A stretch of 28,220 nucleotides of DNA from a virus (taxonomy: Duplodnaviria > Caudoviricetes): the IMG/VR virus record IMGVR_UViG_3300011339_000490, positions 1 through 28,220 of that record; one strand, given 5' to 3'. A model generated the notes under the pieces. That model worked only from the letters and a program-made list of their open reading frames with translations. It had not been told where the DNA came from and ran no database searches. Below are positions 1-10,088 of this stretch, piece by piece. Position 1 is the first letter of the stretch, and the number at the start of each line of letters is the position of its first letter. The translations under genes and the position numbers were made by a program.

Positions 1-824
1 CCAACAACGTATGTGTTGTAGACACGTGTCTGTGTTCCGCCTGAGCCAGTACCTGACTGTGAAGATGTAGCGTTTGCTGTTTCGATGAAACGAACGCCTT
101 CCCATGAACCTGTTTCTCCGCCGTAAAGTGGAGCAGCATTCTGGTACTCATGTGGTGTACGCCATACGTTGTTACCTGTTTCGGTGCGAAGGTCAACAGA
201 AACTTCTGGGTGGATGTATGAAACAAACATTCCAGCAGCCTTGTATTGAACTCCAGCAGCACGCATCTTAGTAACTGCAGTACGGATAGCAGCAGAACTC
301 ATTGTGTCGCCAGGAGCGATTGTGTTCTTAGCAGCAACTGTTCCAACGCCTTCGTAGACGTTTGATACTGCATCTGAACCGCCAGCAACGCGGACGATGT
401 TTGAGCCTGCATCCAACTTAGCAACGATTGCGTTGTCAAGTGTCTTGGTCATGTTAAAGCCAATTGCGTTAGCAACCCATGGGTCGATGTTAGCAATTGA
501 CATAAGGTTAATCTTCTTGACTGGAAGCACTGAGCGTCCGAGTTCAAGTTGTGCAATATCAATATATGATGTTGCTGGTAGTGCAACTGAATCTGGGTCA
601 ACAGTCTCATTGAGAGTTGCTCCTGCTACAGTTACGTCAGCAATATCGTTATTGAACTGGAAGCGGATAGAAGAACCATTGTGTGTGAGTGAGCCGACCT
701 TCTTGTCAGCAACTTCACGGAACTTAGGCAACACGCGGAGGTTGGTTTCAATCAACTTATCGTATGCTAGGGTTACAAGGTTAGTACCTAATCCACTACC
801 TGTAGTGGTAAAGACATCTGCCAT
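1..824 (-). CDS. Major capsid protein (N4-gp56-like family), runs off the left edge
   Basis: Not in the ORF track; translated by hand from ATG at 824: MADVFTTTGSGLGTNLVTLAYDKLIETNLRVLPKFREVADKK...YIHPEVSVDLRTE...LYGGETGSWEGVRFIET. The IHP..DL and GE.G..EGVRFIE motifs are typical of these capsids. GAGGT RBS upstream; directly follows the scaffold gene. Confidence 0.88.
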   Translation of the reverse strand, partial: MADVFTTTGSGLGTNLVTLAYDKLIETNLRVLPKFREVADKKVGSLTHNGSSIRFQFNNDIADVTVAGATLNETVDPDSVALPATSYIDIAQLELGRSVLPVKKINLMSIANIDPWVANAIGFNMTKTLDNAIVAKLDAGSNIVRVAGGSDAVSNVYEGVGTVAAKNTIAPGDTMSSAAIRTAVTKMRAAGVQYKAAGMFVSYIHPEVSVDLRTETGNNVWRTPHEYQNAAPLYGGETGSWEGVRFIETANATSSQSGTGSGGTQTRVYNTYVV

Positions 825-841
825 TTGGCGATACCTCTTTC

Positions 842-1336
842 TTAGTCTTGCATCTTATTAGCGATGCTATTAATGATGGATAGTAATTCTTCTTCAGAGT
901 TTCCGTCATAGTTTTGTAACATATCAACATATTCATCTGAAACGTCGGGAGTCGCGGCAAACTGTGTCGCACCATCCTGGCGAGAAAACTCTCGCACATT
1001 TGGCTTGTCAGCAGATTGCTCTACTTCTGGCTTGTACCCGACAATATCTCCGTTTTCAAGAAGCCAGTTATTAACGGCTTCTTCATTGACTTCATCTAAA
1101 TCCTTAAGGATTAGACGGGCAGCCTTGGAGTTGACTCCCTTTGATTCTAGGACTGTCTTGACAGTTGACTCTTTCTGTTGGCGTTCGAACATTTCCAACT
1201 TTTCAGTCAATTCCTTAATACGCTTCTCGTCAGCCTTCTTTGCTCGTCGAAGGTCTTTAATACCATTCGTCTCGTCATTGCTGCCTTGGAGAAAATCAAG
1301 GTCGTCTTCTTCATCCCAGTTGTTGTTGTTGCTCAT
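842..1336 (-). CDS. Capsid scaffolding/assembly protein
   Basis: 164 aa, acidic N-terminus, coiled-coil core (DLRRAKKADEKRIKELTEKLE), immediately upstream of the capsid gene; RBS AAGGGTGAGG. Confidence 0.75.
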   Translation of the reverse strand: MSNNNNWDEEDDLDFLQGSNDETNGIKDLRRAKKADEKRIKELTEKLEMFERQQKESTVKTVLESKGVNSKAARLILKDLDEVNEEAVNNWLLENGDIVGYKPEVEQSADKPNVREFSRQDGATQFAATPDVSDEYVDMLQNYDGNSEEELLSIINSIANKMQD

Positions 1337-1367
1337 TGCAACCTCACCCTTCTATTGTTGTTTAGTT

Positions 1368-1455
1368 CGCAGACCACAGTTGCAGTTCGGGGAAACTGGC
1401 TGGCTTCTACTCCTAGTCTTTTACGCCTGACGGGGCTAGTCGGTCCGTCTAGGGA
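1368..1455 (-). ncRNA. Candidate structured leader RNA upstream of the scaffold/capsid genes
   Basis: Minus-strand stems GACGG/CCGTC, CCTAG/CTAGG, GTAGA/TCTGC (with G-U) and CAGTT/AACTG fill most of a 126-nt intergenic gap. Confidence 0.45.
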
Positions 1456-1462
1456 TTCTTAT

Positions 1463-2704
1463 TTAGAATAACCCAGTATTACCCTGGGGTTGTCCTGTTC
1501 TCATACGTCCAGATGAACCTTCAAATGATGCTCGCTCTAGCGAAGCAAGACGCTTACGCTTTCTAGTTGCATCTGCTTGATTAAGGAATACATCTTGTTC
1601 GGCAGTTTCTTTATTGTATGTAATGCCTTCTTGCTTATAAATCTGGCTGTATAATTCAGCATCTGGCAAGAACTCAGCAATCTGACCATAACCAACACGG
1701 GCTTCGTCTCTAGTAACACCAGCCTGAGCAAGTGTTTCTGCCATGCCTAATGATGTGCCACCAAGACCAACTTGCTTTGACACTCCGCCAATTTCAGCAG
1801 CAGCAATCTTTGTCTTAAGAACTGGCATTGTAATATCTGGACGTAAAATATAACTAATAATATCTGTATCTGTAAGTGCAGGAAAGAATTCTCTAAACTG
1901 GTCTTTAGTCTCTTTGTTTGCATAGATGACACGTTGAGATACTTCATCAATGCGGTCAGCAAACTCTGTAGCAGATAATCCTTTTTCCATGTAGCCAGCA
2001 AACTGAGCCTGATTAGATTCAGCGTTAGTGCTAATTAGTGTAGTAAGGTTATTTCTACGAAGAGTATCAGCGTATGAATCTTCAAGTGTTAAATACTCAG
2101 CCTCAGTATAGGCATTAAGACCTTGCTTAATACGGGCTGCATTGCCAGAAAAACGCTTTGTATAGTCAGCGTTCCAAGGCTTGCCAGTATCAGGGTTTGT
2201 ACTTGTATCATATTTAATCTTATTCAATGCCTCTTGTGGTTTAAAACCTTTTGTAGCCAAAGATATGAATGTGCTAGCAAGAGATGATAAACCCCATTGA
2301 CGCAACTGTGCTTCAAGCAAAGCAAACGCATCAATCATTTCTGAATCAGTTTTAGATGTAGAAACAGTATTAATTGGTACAAAATCTGGACCACCCATTG
2401 CCCTAGATATAGCACCTACTTCTTGACCAGCAGTATTAACAGCACCGATGTTCTGGTTTACTTCAGCCATGGTTGTGTCTATTGCTTTAGATGCAGCCTG
2501 TGCTTCTTCAAGAACCTTTGCATAATCAGTTGGCTTTGGTTTTGTTGCTTGCTGAGCGGAAAACGTATCCTTAGCAATTGCAATATTTTCTGGGGTAGGA
2601 TTTTTTCTGGCATTTTCTAATGCCCAATTAACCGCAGCCTGCGATACGCCTTGCGCGTTAGAAGCATCTTCTGCTCTACGAAATTGTCCTGGAGATATAG
2701 CCAT
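1463..2704 (-). CDS. Probable internal virion (ejection) protein
   Basis: Start moved to ATG 2704 (TAATG overlap with the upstream stop). Ala/Gln/Gly-rich, helical-looking protein inside the structural operon. Confidence 0.6.
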   Translation of the reverse strand: MAISPGQFRRAEDASNAQGVSQAAVNWALENARKNPTPENIAIAKDTFSAQQATKPKPTDYAKVLEEAQAASKAIDTTMAEVNQNIGAVNTAGQEVGAISRAMGGPDFVPINTVSTSKTDSEMIDAFALLEAQLRQWGLSSLASTFISLATKGFKPQEALNKIKYDTSTNPDTGKPWNADYTKRFSGNAARIKQGLNAYTEAEYLTLEDSYADTLRRNNLTTLISTNAESNQAQFAGYMEKGLSATEFADRIDEVSQRVIYANKETKDQFREFFPALTDTDIISYILRPDITMPVLKTKIAAAEIGGVSKQVGLGGTSLGMAETLAQAGVTRDEARVGYGQIAEFLPDAELYSQIYKQEGITYNKETAEQDVFLNQADATRKRKRLASLERASFEGSSGRMRTGQPQGNTGLF

Positions 2705-3231
2705 TAACCGCGACCCCACATTCTACCAATAGTTTCTAAAAAGCCTGATGCAGTTTCACGGGCTTCATCTGTAAAACGCCATAGTGGATTAGCCTGTAGT
2801 TCTCTTTCAAACTGAACAATCGACTTACCTGATGAAACAGCATCCATAACATCTTTGTCTTTTGTTGCAGTTTTAACAACGACTCCCAGTTTATTAAACT
2901 TTGTACGAGCATAAACATTTGCAACTTCTGCAACAGTGCCACCCGCATCAAGATGGTCTACAAGACCAGGGTGCATCTTCTTGGCAATCAAGCGTAAACG
3001 CTCCTGCTGCTTTTGAAGATAATCCTTTTGACCAATGCCTAGTGTTACTTGCTTCAATGCATCTGCTGCCGTCATATCAATACCATAATCAGCAGCCAAT
3101 TCTTGAAGTGCTGCTATATCCAAAGATACTCGGCTACCCTTTGAAGATGATAGCAACGCATCTACATCTGTATTCTTAAGACGATTACGGGCTACCTTAG
3201 CGGCAATAACTAAACGCTCAGCATCTGTCAT
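2704..3231 (-). CDS. C-terminal part of a probable internal virion protein (in frame with 3313-4245)
   Basis: Same frame as the upstream ORF, with 27 sense codons between TAA 3313-3315 and ATG 3231; no evident SD before ATG 3231. Confidence 0.6.
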   Translation of the reverse strand: MTDAERLVIAAKVARNRLKNTDVDALLSSSKGSRVSLDIAALQELAADYGIDMTAADALKQVTLGIGQKDYLQKQQERLRLIAKKMHPGLVDHLDAGGTVAEVANVYARTKFNKLGVVVKTATKDKDVMDAVSSGKSIVQFERELQANPLWRFTDEARETASGFLETIGRMWGRG

Positions 3232-3312
3232 TACATCGCCAGTACTTGTACCATTAGCAATAGTTCTTGTCTGACGCTTTTCTTCTGCACTAAGAATCCT
3301 GTAGTACTCTTC

Positions 3313-4245
3313 TTACTCTTCTTCTGTAGCACGTTCGCCAGTTAGGTCCATCAAGTAATCATCAATTTGTTGGCGAGCATCGCCACGTGTAGATAGGTCA
3401 CGGTATGTCTTCGGACCACCAGTGCCTGAATCTCTTTTTGTTTTTAAGAAGTCTTCAGCAGTAGTAACATCGCCTAAACCATACTGAACATCAGATACTA
3501 CCTTAGCGGTTCTTGCGATAAGCATATCGTCAAGACCATCAATCCATGTACCTTTAGCAATATCGCTTTGCTTAATGTAATTAGCAGCAACTAATTCAGC
3601 CTGTAAACGAGTAAGTGCATCCCTACTTGCGTAGTTCTTTAGGAAAGCCGCTCTAGCGGATGACTTAGAAGTAAATTCATTTGGTACTATGTTCCCCTTA
3701 CCGTCAGGAACATCTACAAATATAACCTGCCCGCCACCTTTTTTGGTAACGATACCATCGGCTACTGTGTAGCCACTAAACTTATCTTCTTCTAGACCAA
3801 CCTCAGCAGCAACCTCTTGTTCTTCTTCTGTCTTAGGACGAAGAATAGAATCAATCTGTGCCTGCTTAGCCTTGGCTTCTTCCATCTTGTTCTGGCGCTT
3901 AAGTGAATCGCGCTCATAGATAAGTTGGTTTACGGTTGCAGAGTCAGACTTCTTCTTACTTGCTACCTGAGAAGCCGTAGGCTTTGCAGCCTGGACATCA
4001 ATCTGGTCACGCATAGCCTTAGCGGACGCAACTGCTGCTTCATACTCAGCCTGTACTTTGTCAAACTCTGCCTTGAGTTTAATAAACTCAGGACTTGTAT
4101 CACCCTTTTGCTGGGCTACTCTATCCATTGCATCTGCTAAACCAGTACCTGAAGTACCCTTAGGTCCATTCAAGCGGGTCTGGAGTTTCTGGACTTTCTC
4201 AACGGCAGCGCGATACGCTGGATAGTTGTTGTAATTAACTGCCAT
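3313..4245 (-). CDS. N-terminal part of a probable internal virion protein, ending at a lone in-frame TAA
   Basis: 310 aa, coiled-coil-like; TAATG-coupled to the 1722-aa gene; the frame stays open after the stop. Confidence 0.65.
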   Translation of the reverse strand: MAVNYNNYPAYRAAVEKVQKLQTRLNGPKGTSGTGLADAMDRVAQQKGDTSPEFIKLKAEFDKVQAEYEAAVASAKAMRDQIDVQAAKPTASQVASKKKSDSATVNQLIYERDSLKRQNKMEEAKAKQAQIDSILRPKTEEEQEVAAEVGLEEDKFSGYTVADGIVTKKGGGQVIFVDVPDGKGNIVPNEFTSKSSARAAFLKNYASRDALTRLQAELVAANYIKQSDIAKGTWIDGLDDMLIARTAKVVSDVQYGLGDVTTAEDFLKTKRDSGTGGPKTYRDLSTRGDARQQIDDYLMDLTGERATEEE

Positions 4246-7200
4246 TATCTCATTAACTCCTTATATGCAAAGTACGAATCACGTGAATAGAAGTTAAGTA
4301 TTGACCTAAAGATTGCTCGGTTAGCCTCTGTCACGTAAGCATCTCCAATCATTAGGTCTCTAAGTTGTGCTTCTATTGCTCTCTTGCGTTCAGCCTTTAG
4401 TTCAACTGCATTAATAATGTTTCCGATTTCAGGACTGCGAGCAAATGCAATATAGTCACGCATCAAACGAATAGCGATACTCATGCGCTGGCGTGTGCCA
4501 GCCTCTACAGGAGTATTTGGATTGCCAATCATTTCTTCCACGCGACCAAGCATTACTTCTTCATCACCAATATTGTTGCCTTCACCGATAAGTGCTGGGT
4601 TCAATAGCGGGTTTGCAGCCTTCAAAGCATTACGAGCAGCAGTTGCTTCTTTAATAATTTGTGCACGCAACTCTGGGTCAGATTCATTCTCCAACGCAGC
4701 GCGTTGTTCTTTAGCAATCTGATAGTAGGTATTCTTATCTTCTGCTACCATCAAGTCTTCATAGTACTTTTCAAGACTCTTGTTCTCGATAAGCCCTGCA
4801 GACTTTAACCAGTTATATGTTGCAGCATTAAACTCACCAACCTGTGGTGCAAAGATATAGGCTGCTTCCCCATATGTAGAGATTAATCCCTTGTTTTTAA
4901 TAGCCCAACCCTTAAGTGCTTCGGTATTCTTAATGACTACCTTGGAACCCTTTTCGGTTGGAGATACTGTATAGATTAACTTACCTGGGTACTTGCCAAT
5001 AAATGTAGACAAAGCCAGTTCATATGGGTCATCTACATCGCCATCGTTCATCTTAGATACGCTATTTAGAATATCAAAGAACTCAGCACGTAGGCTGCTG
5101 ATACCAGTATCCTTAATGTAATCTGGAATACCCTTACTATCTTGCGCAGTAGGGGCTACTGGAGAAATCAATCCAAGTATGTTACGCAAAGCAATTACGT
5201 TATGCGCTGAGATGCGGATATTCTTTAAGTATTCAGCCTTCTCTGCTTCAGTTGCATTAGGGTCTAGATAGCGACCATGTGCTGCGTTATACGCCATAGC
5301 CTGCTGTGCAGCAGTAACTTCTTGTCTGCTCTTCTCATCAAATGGAAGAATAGCCCAGATACGCTGTAGGCTTGCTGGAACAATAGCACGACGAATATCC
5401 ATGTTGTCACCGATATTACCAAGCGCAAAAGTATCAATCTTCTCTGCTACCTGCTCCATTGTTGGGTCAATCTTCTTGCCAATGAATGGTAGTGAACCAG
5501 GAACAGAACCAAGAATATTCTTGAATCCAATTACAGACAAACCAGATATAGGTCCAGATAGTGTAGGAACACCAGCATCCTGTGAGAATGATGGGTTCAT
5601 CATACGCAGTCTAAGTGTTAATTCATTAAACTGTGGCTGTGAATATCCACTATTACCTGTAAGCACGCGCATTGTTGTATCTGTTGCGCGGAACAAGATG
5701 TCATCCATAGGCATCATTACATATGGGTCATTGTTCTGGTCGTAATGAATAGCACCAGTAGCGTCTAGACCTAAATGCGCAAGGCGCATACGGTATAGAA
5801 CTCTAGGAGATACGTCCTTCATTCTATAGATACGACGATAAAAGTCTTCAGTTGCACGATAGTAGCGACCTACTGTGCGGGAAGCATATGCAAAGTTAGA
5901 ACGAATTGCTGGGTTATCTGCATACTTTAGAATAGTATCTGCAGCCTCACGGGTAGCAAGTTCAGTGAATCGCTTCTCTGCAATATCTTCAGCCATCTTG
6001 CGATATTCTTTTTTCTTGGCTTCAGATAATGTTCCCTGAAATACTCCACCAGTTAATTCATCATACTGCTGACGAGCAAACTCGCGTTCTACTCCAGCAT
6101 ACTTCTTTCGTAGCCCTGTATATGCAACCATAACCGCTGGCTGACGATAGATACCAGTAACCTGGCTATCCATCCAGTCCATTGCAGTATTGCCGTAGCG
6201 ACGGAATAGGTTTTCTGTATCAGCATAGTTGCCAACACCAAGTTGTGTAGTTGTTTTACCAGTAAGACGGAAGCCTTCTGATGCATCAGCAAAATCATCT
6301 AGGCTAATTTTAGCAACTGCTTGGTTCCAAGTTACTTCACGACCTAAATCAGACTTCATGTCATTTAGATTCTTGGTAACAAGCGACCATAGGTTTTCGT
6401 TAAAGTTATCTACACCACCATTAAAGGTTTCAAACATATCCGTAAACATACGGCTTAGTTGAATGCGTGTGATGTCTGCATCTGTGCGTCCTTGTGAGCG
6501 CAAGAATACTGTATTCGCGCTACCTTCTAGGAACTCATCAGCAACTTTAGCCCTAAAGCCTTTTGGCTTTTCCCATACATTTGACAAACCATTAAACTTG
6601 TAGCCAAGTGAGAACATAGCATCATCAAGTGCTGCTTCAAATACTTCTTTGCCGCTTTTTTCATCAATAACACCAGGTCTAAAACCTTTGTATTGAAAAA
6701 ATAGTCTTGATGGATTAATAATTGTTTGGTCATTAAACTTATATTTGTTTCCAACAAACTGCTTAACAAACTTTTCAAAATGAACCAGTACAGCCTCACG
6801 CTCATTGAGCGTTGATATATCAATTTCTTTAGAAACTTTATTAAGTTTAACGCTAAGTTCTTCTAAAGCCAGCGTTAACTGTGATGGTGTAATAATGGCG
6901 CGTATAACGTCTTCACCATATGTGCCAGATAAACCGCTTCGACCAACAATAGAGTTGGCTGCAGAGTATAAAGCCTCTGGCTGATGGACAAATGCCTGGC
7001 GTAGATACTCAGCACCATCTGCATCAATATAACGGCTATACATTGACATAACTTCGTCAACAATTGCTTCGCGCTTTTCAATATTTGTAAGCAATTCTGG
7101 GTTTGTGTTTAGTTCCCTAGCCTTAGCCTGAAGAGCATTAACACGTGCTTCGATAGATAGGGCTTCTTCTGAGTTAATTTTAGTGCGCTCACCAATTACC

Positions 7201-9413
7201 TTAACGGCATTAACTTTAGTGCCAGCCTTATTAAGTACTTTTTGTAGTCCAAGTCTAATCGGACCAGTAGCATCCTTAGAGCCAGTAAATGTTCTAGTTA
7301 CATTTGACATCTTGCGACCAGCACCTGCAGCAAATGCACGCAAATCGCGTGATGGCGCAGTCAAAGCAAACATAGTTGCTTCATCAATTGCTGAACGAAT
7401 ACCCAAACGTGGGAACAAAGTTAAGATAGACCAAGCATCAACTATCTTTTTAGCCAATGCACCCTGAGTTGCACCACCTGCAGCATAAACAATATTGCTC
7501 TTTGATGACTTCATGCTCCAAATCATGGAGCCAATCTCGTCATATGGTAGTGAACCTACAGCCCAAGTAGACTGGTATGGGTGAATTGGACCAATACCAT
7601 CTACATACAATCCATTTTCGTTCTGCTTAACAGCACCATCTGGAATAAACTTTGCATGTTCTGGATTAACTTTAGAATCTAACTTGTTTGCAAAGCCAGA
7701 TGTTGAGCCATACTTAGACAACAAAGTCTTTTCAATCAAGTCCATGCCACGTCTTTCGCCACCAAGACCCATTGAGTACATTGTTGCAGCATCTAAGTTA
7801 CGCAAAATAACATATTGCTCATCAGCAGTTGATGCTAAGAACTTAACAGTAAGGGCTTCAGCCATATCTTTAGGCAGTAGAATGCGTGCACGTGCAGTAA
7901 AGTTGGCTGCAGTTTCAATAGCATTACGACCAGTACGTACTTCTGCTCCTGCTGGAGAGCGGGCAATCATTTGCCCAATCTTCTTCCAACGTCGAATCTC
8001 TTTGTTGGCTTCTAGTACAACACCAAAGTCTGCTTTGTCTGGTGTATTAAGACGACGCATAGCATCTTCTGGATTAACCAATGACTTAATAATAGGCTCT
8101 AGAGCCTTATCAACTTCTTCAGCATTGCGTCCCGCACCAGCAAATGTAGTTTTTGATGTGCTGTTAAATACACCATCAAGATACTTAGAAAAGTTCTCGC
8201 TAAATATACGACGAGTCTTTGCAACGGCTACGCCGTTACGCATGTAAGTAATACCATCTACACGACCAGAAAGCATTAGGTGCAAGTTTGATGCATCTTC
8301 AAAATACTTTTTTGCCTTGTCAGCGTTAAATACTTTTCCACGCGCTAAGGTTTCTACCGCAGCACGATTTGCATAACCAGGAAAGTTCTTTGAAATATCA
8401 TCAAACGCTTGAGCCTTAGCAGCACCAGTTGCTTCATCATACTTTTTAATTGCTGGACCTAGGTCATCTTCCCACAACTTAAATAGTTTAGGCTCTGTTC
8501 TAAATACTGTTTCAACGGCACGCTCAATAGGCACGCCGCTATCAACTGCGCGAAGAACGCTGTTCTTAATGCGCTCACCTTTAGTGACACCCTTGCTGAG
8601 ACCACCAGTTAACCAAGTAAGTGGGTCAATAGCAATCTGATAAATAAAGTCAATAGTTCCAGAAATACGACCATCATTGTCATTTGCATAGTCATAGGTC
8701 AATCCGCCACCCTTAGGTGGCTTAGTACCTAGCATACGAACAATATCTCGACCAGGGCTAATCTGTGCAAACTTTACATTGTCAAGTACTTCTTTAAAGT
8801 TTGTTGAATCGTCATATGCTTTCTGAATAGAAGCAAGAACTTTTTCATCAACTTTGCCGTATGACTCTAAAATTTCTCCAGGTGTCTTACCATCAAGAAG
8901 TCCCTGCGCTACAAATACATCTGCTTCGCCAAAGTACTTCTTGGCTTTATCAAGCGCACCAACATCATACATGTCTGTGCCATTCCAAGCATCAGTCCAT
9001 GTCTTGCCAGAAAACAAATCTTCGCCTTGTGCAACCTGACGAGCAACCTTGTATGGTGTATTAATCAAACGGTTATATTGTCCACCAAGTTTAAACAAAC
9101 CAATAAGTGGGCTTGCAGCAATCTTTAGGGCTCCGCCCAATACACCTTGCACTCTATCTGCAGCAGTAGGCATTGGCTGCAAATAATCTGCATCCTTAAA
9201 TAAAAACTTTAACTGCTCTTGTGCTTTGCCACCAAGTCTATCAAATTCTTTACGTGCAGTATCACTATCTAGTTTTGCTAACTGACGGTGCTTCTTAATT
9301 GCATAACTCATCTGCTCTACTTGATTAATTTGAGCAGGCTCTAGGTTAGCAGTCTTTGCAGCAGTATAAATATTAGGAGATACTTCAGCGACAACTGGCT
9401 TTAAATAGCGCAT
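4245..9413 (-). CDS. Large (1722 aa) virion protein, probable internal core/ejectosome protein
   Basis: Very long helical-looking ORF in the structural operon; size and context as for podoviral large ejection proteins. No catalytic motif recognised. Confidence 0.65.
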   Translation of the reverse strand: MRYLKPVVAEVSPNIYTAAKTANLEPAQINQVEQMSYAIKKHRQLAKLDSDTARKEFDRLGGKAQEQLKFLFKDADYLQPMPTAADRVQGVLGGALKIAASPLIGLFKLGGQYNRLINTPYKVARQVAQGEDLFSGKTWTDAWNGTDMYDVGALDKAKKYFGEADVFVAQGLLDGKTPGEILESYGKVDEKVLASIQKAYDDSTNFKEVLDNVKFAQISPGRDIVRMLGTKPPKGGGLTYDYANDNDGRISGTIDFIYQIAIDPLTWLTGGLSKGVTKGERIKNSVLRAVDSGVPIERAVETVFRTEPKLFKLWEDDLGPAIKKYDEATGAAKAQAFDDISKNFPGYANRAAVETLARGKVFNADKAKKYFEDASNLHLMLSGRVDGITYMRNGVAVAKTRRIFSENFSKYLDGVFNSTSKTTFAGAGRNAEEVDKALEPIIKSLVNPEDAMRRLNTPDKADFGVVLEANKEIRRWKKIGQMIARSPAGAEVRTGRNAIETAANFTARARILLPKDMAEALTVKFLASTADEQYVILRNLDAATMYSMGLGGERRGMDLIEKTLLSKYGSTSGFANKLDSKVNPEHAKFIPDGAVKQNENGLYVDGIGPIHPYQSTWAVGSLPYDEIGSMIWSMKSSKSNIVYAAGGATQGALAKKIVDAWSILTLFPRLGIRSAIDEATMFALTAPSRDLRAFAAGAGRKMSNVTRTFTGSKDATGPIRLGLQKVLNKAGTKVNAVKVIGERTKINSEEALSIEARVNALQAKARELNTNPELLTNIEKREAIVDEVMSMYSRYIDADGAEYLRQAFVHQPEALYSAANSIVGRSGLSGTYGEDVIRAIITPSQLTLALEELSVKLNKVSKEIDISTLNEREAVLVHFEKFVKQFVGNKYKFNDQTIINPSRLFFQYKGFRPGVIDEKSGKEVFEAALDDAMFSLGYKFNGLSNVWEKPKGFRAKVADEFLEGSANTVFLRSQGRTDADITRIQLSRMFTDMFETFNGGVDNFNENLWSLVTKNLNDMKSDLGREVTWNQAVAKISLDDFADASEGFRLTGKTTTQLGVGNYADTENLFRRYGNTAMDWMDSQVTGIYRQPAVMVAYTGLRKKYAGVEREFARQQYDELTGGVFQGTLSEAKKKEYRKMAEDIAEKRFTELATREAADTILKYADNPAIRSNFAYASRTVGRYYRATEDFYRRIYRMKDVSPRVLYRMRLAHLGLDATGAIHYDQNNDPYVMMPMDDILFRATDTTMRVLTGNSGYSQPQFNELTLRLRMMNPSFSQDAGVPTLSGPISGLSVIGFKNILGSVPGSLPFIGKKIDPTMEQVAEKIDTFALGNIGDNMDIRRAIVPASLQRIWAILPFDEKSRQEVTAAQQAMAYNAAHGRYLDPNATEAEKAEYLKNIRISAHNVIALRNILGLISPVAPTAQDSKGIPDYIKDTGISSLRAEFFDILNSVSKMNDGDVDDPYELALSTFIGKYPGKLIYTVSPTEKGSKVVIKNTEALKGWAIKNKGLISTYGEAAYIFAPQVGEFNAATYNWLKSAGLIENKSLEKYYEDLMVAEDKNTYYQIAKEQRAALENESDPELRAQIIKEATAARNALKAANPLLNPALIGEGNNIGDEEVMLGRVEEMIGNPNTPVEAGTRQRMSIAIRLMRDYIAFARSPEIGNIINAVELKAERKRAIEAQLRDLMIGDAYVTEANRAIFRSILNFYSRDSYFAYKELMR

Positions 9414-9829
9414 TAGTACCCCTGGTCTGTGAGTGTCCTATAAATTAGTTCCGCATCTCCCGATGGGTCGAACTGTGTAAGATAACGAATTGTGTCAATT
9501 AAAGATTGTGAACGGTTTGGAACATTCATAACTTCTGAACCAGGTCCTTCACCAATATCTAGTCCTGCAGTAAGCGGTTCATCTGGTCGCTGTGTTGGGT
9601 CATTTAATGACATCATTGGTGGCAACGTAGGAGCAGCAGGTGCTGGTTGTGCAGCAGCCATAGGTGCAGCAGTTTGCTGATTGTATGTTTCCTGTCCTTG
9701 TCCATATGGAAGTCCTGGAATATATTTAGCGCCTTGCGCTGGTCCACCATCTGTGCGCTGTGAAAGCGCACCTGGTCCTGAAGATGGCGCAGGATTCTCT
9801 GGCTTACGGTATCCGCCTTGCTGTGCCAT
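9413..9829 (-). CDS. Small Pro/Gly/Gln-rich virion-associated protein
   Basis: 138 aa (GGYRKPENPAPSSGPGALSQRTDGGP), TAATG-coupled on both sides. Confidence 0.7.
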   Translation of the reverse strand: MAQQGGYRKPENPAPSSGPGALSQRTDGGPAQGAKYIPGLPYGQGQETYNQQTAAPMAAAQPAPAAPTLPPMMSLNDPTQRPDEPLTAGLDIGEGPGSEVMNVPNRSQSLIDTIRYLTQFDPSGDAELIYRTLTDQGY

Positions 9830-10077
9830 TAGTCGTCATCCTCATCGTCATCATACGGAATGTTATCAATTTTGTTTGGTAGGTCTGGAATAATCCAGTT
9901 TGGATATGACTCAACACTTTGAATCATTGACAAAGCAATTGCCTCTGAGAATCCCGCAACGCGTAGTGCTTTAAAATATTCATTAATAGCAATGCAATGC
10001 TTTTCCAACATAGAATAATCATCACTAAGCACAGTTGCTACTTTTGTTCTACGTACTGGTTTCTTACGTGGAGCCAT
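9829..10077 (-). CDS. Hypothetical protein (basic N-terminus, acidic tail)
   Basis: 82 aa, RBS AAGGGGG, coupled to the downstream gene. Confidence 0.75.
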   Translation of the reverse strand: MAPRKKPVRRTKVATVLSDDYSMLEKHCIAINEYFKALRVAGFSEAIALSMIQSVESYPNWIIPDLPNKIDNIPYDDDEDDD

Positions 10078-10088
10078 GATTATCCCCC

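Noticed and set aside
3313-3315. Genome-wide stop-codon reassignment
   Set aside because: TAA, TAG and TGA all end coupled genes elsewhere; only one interrupted frame was seen.
4245-9413. Virion RNA polymerase call for the 1722-aa protein
   Set aside because: No DxDGD or single-subunit RNAP motif seen (NDGD is not a match), and a phage sigma factor implies use of host RNAP.
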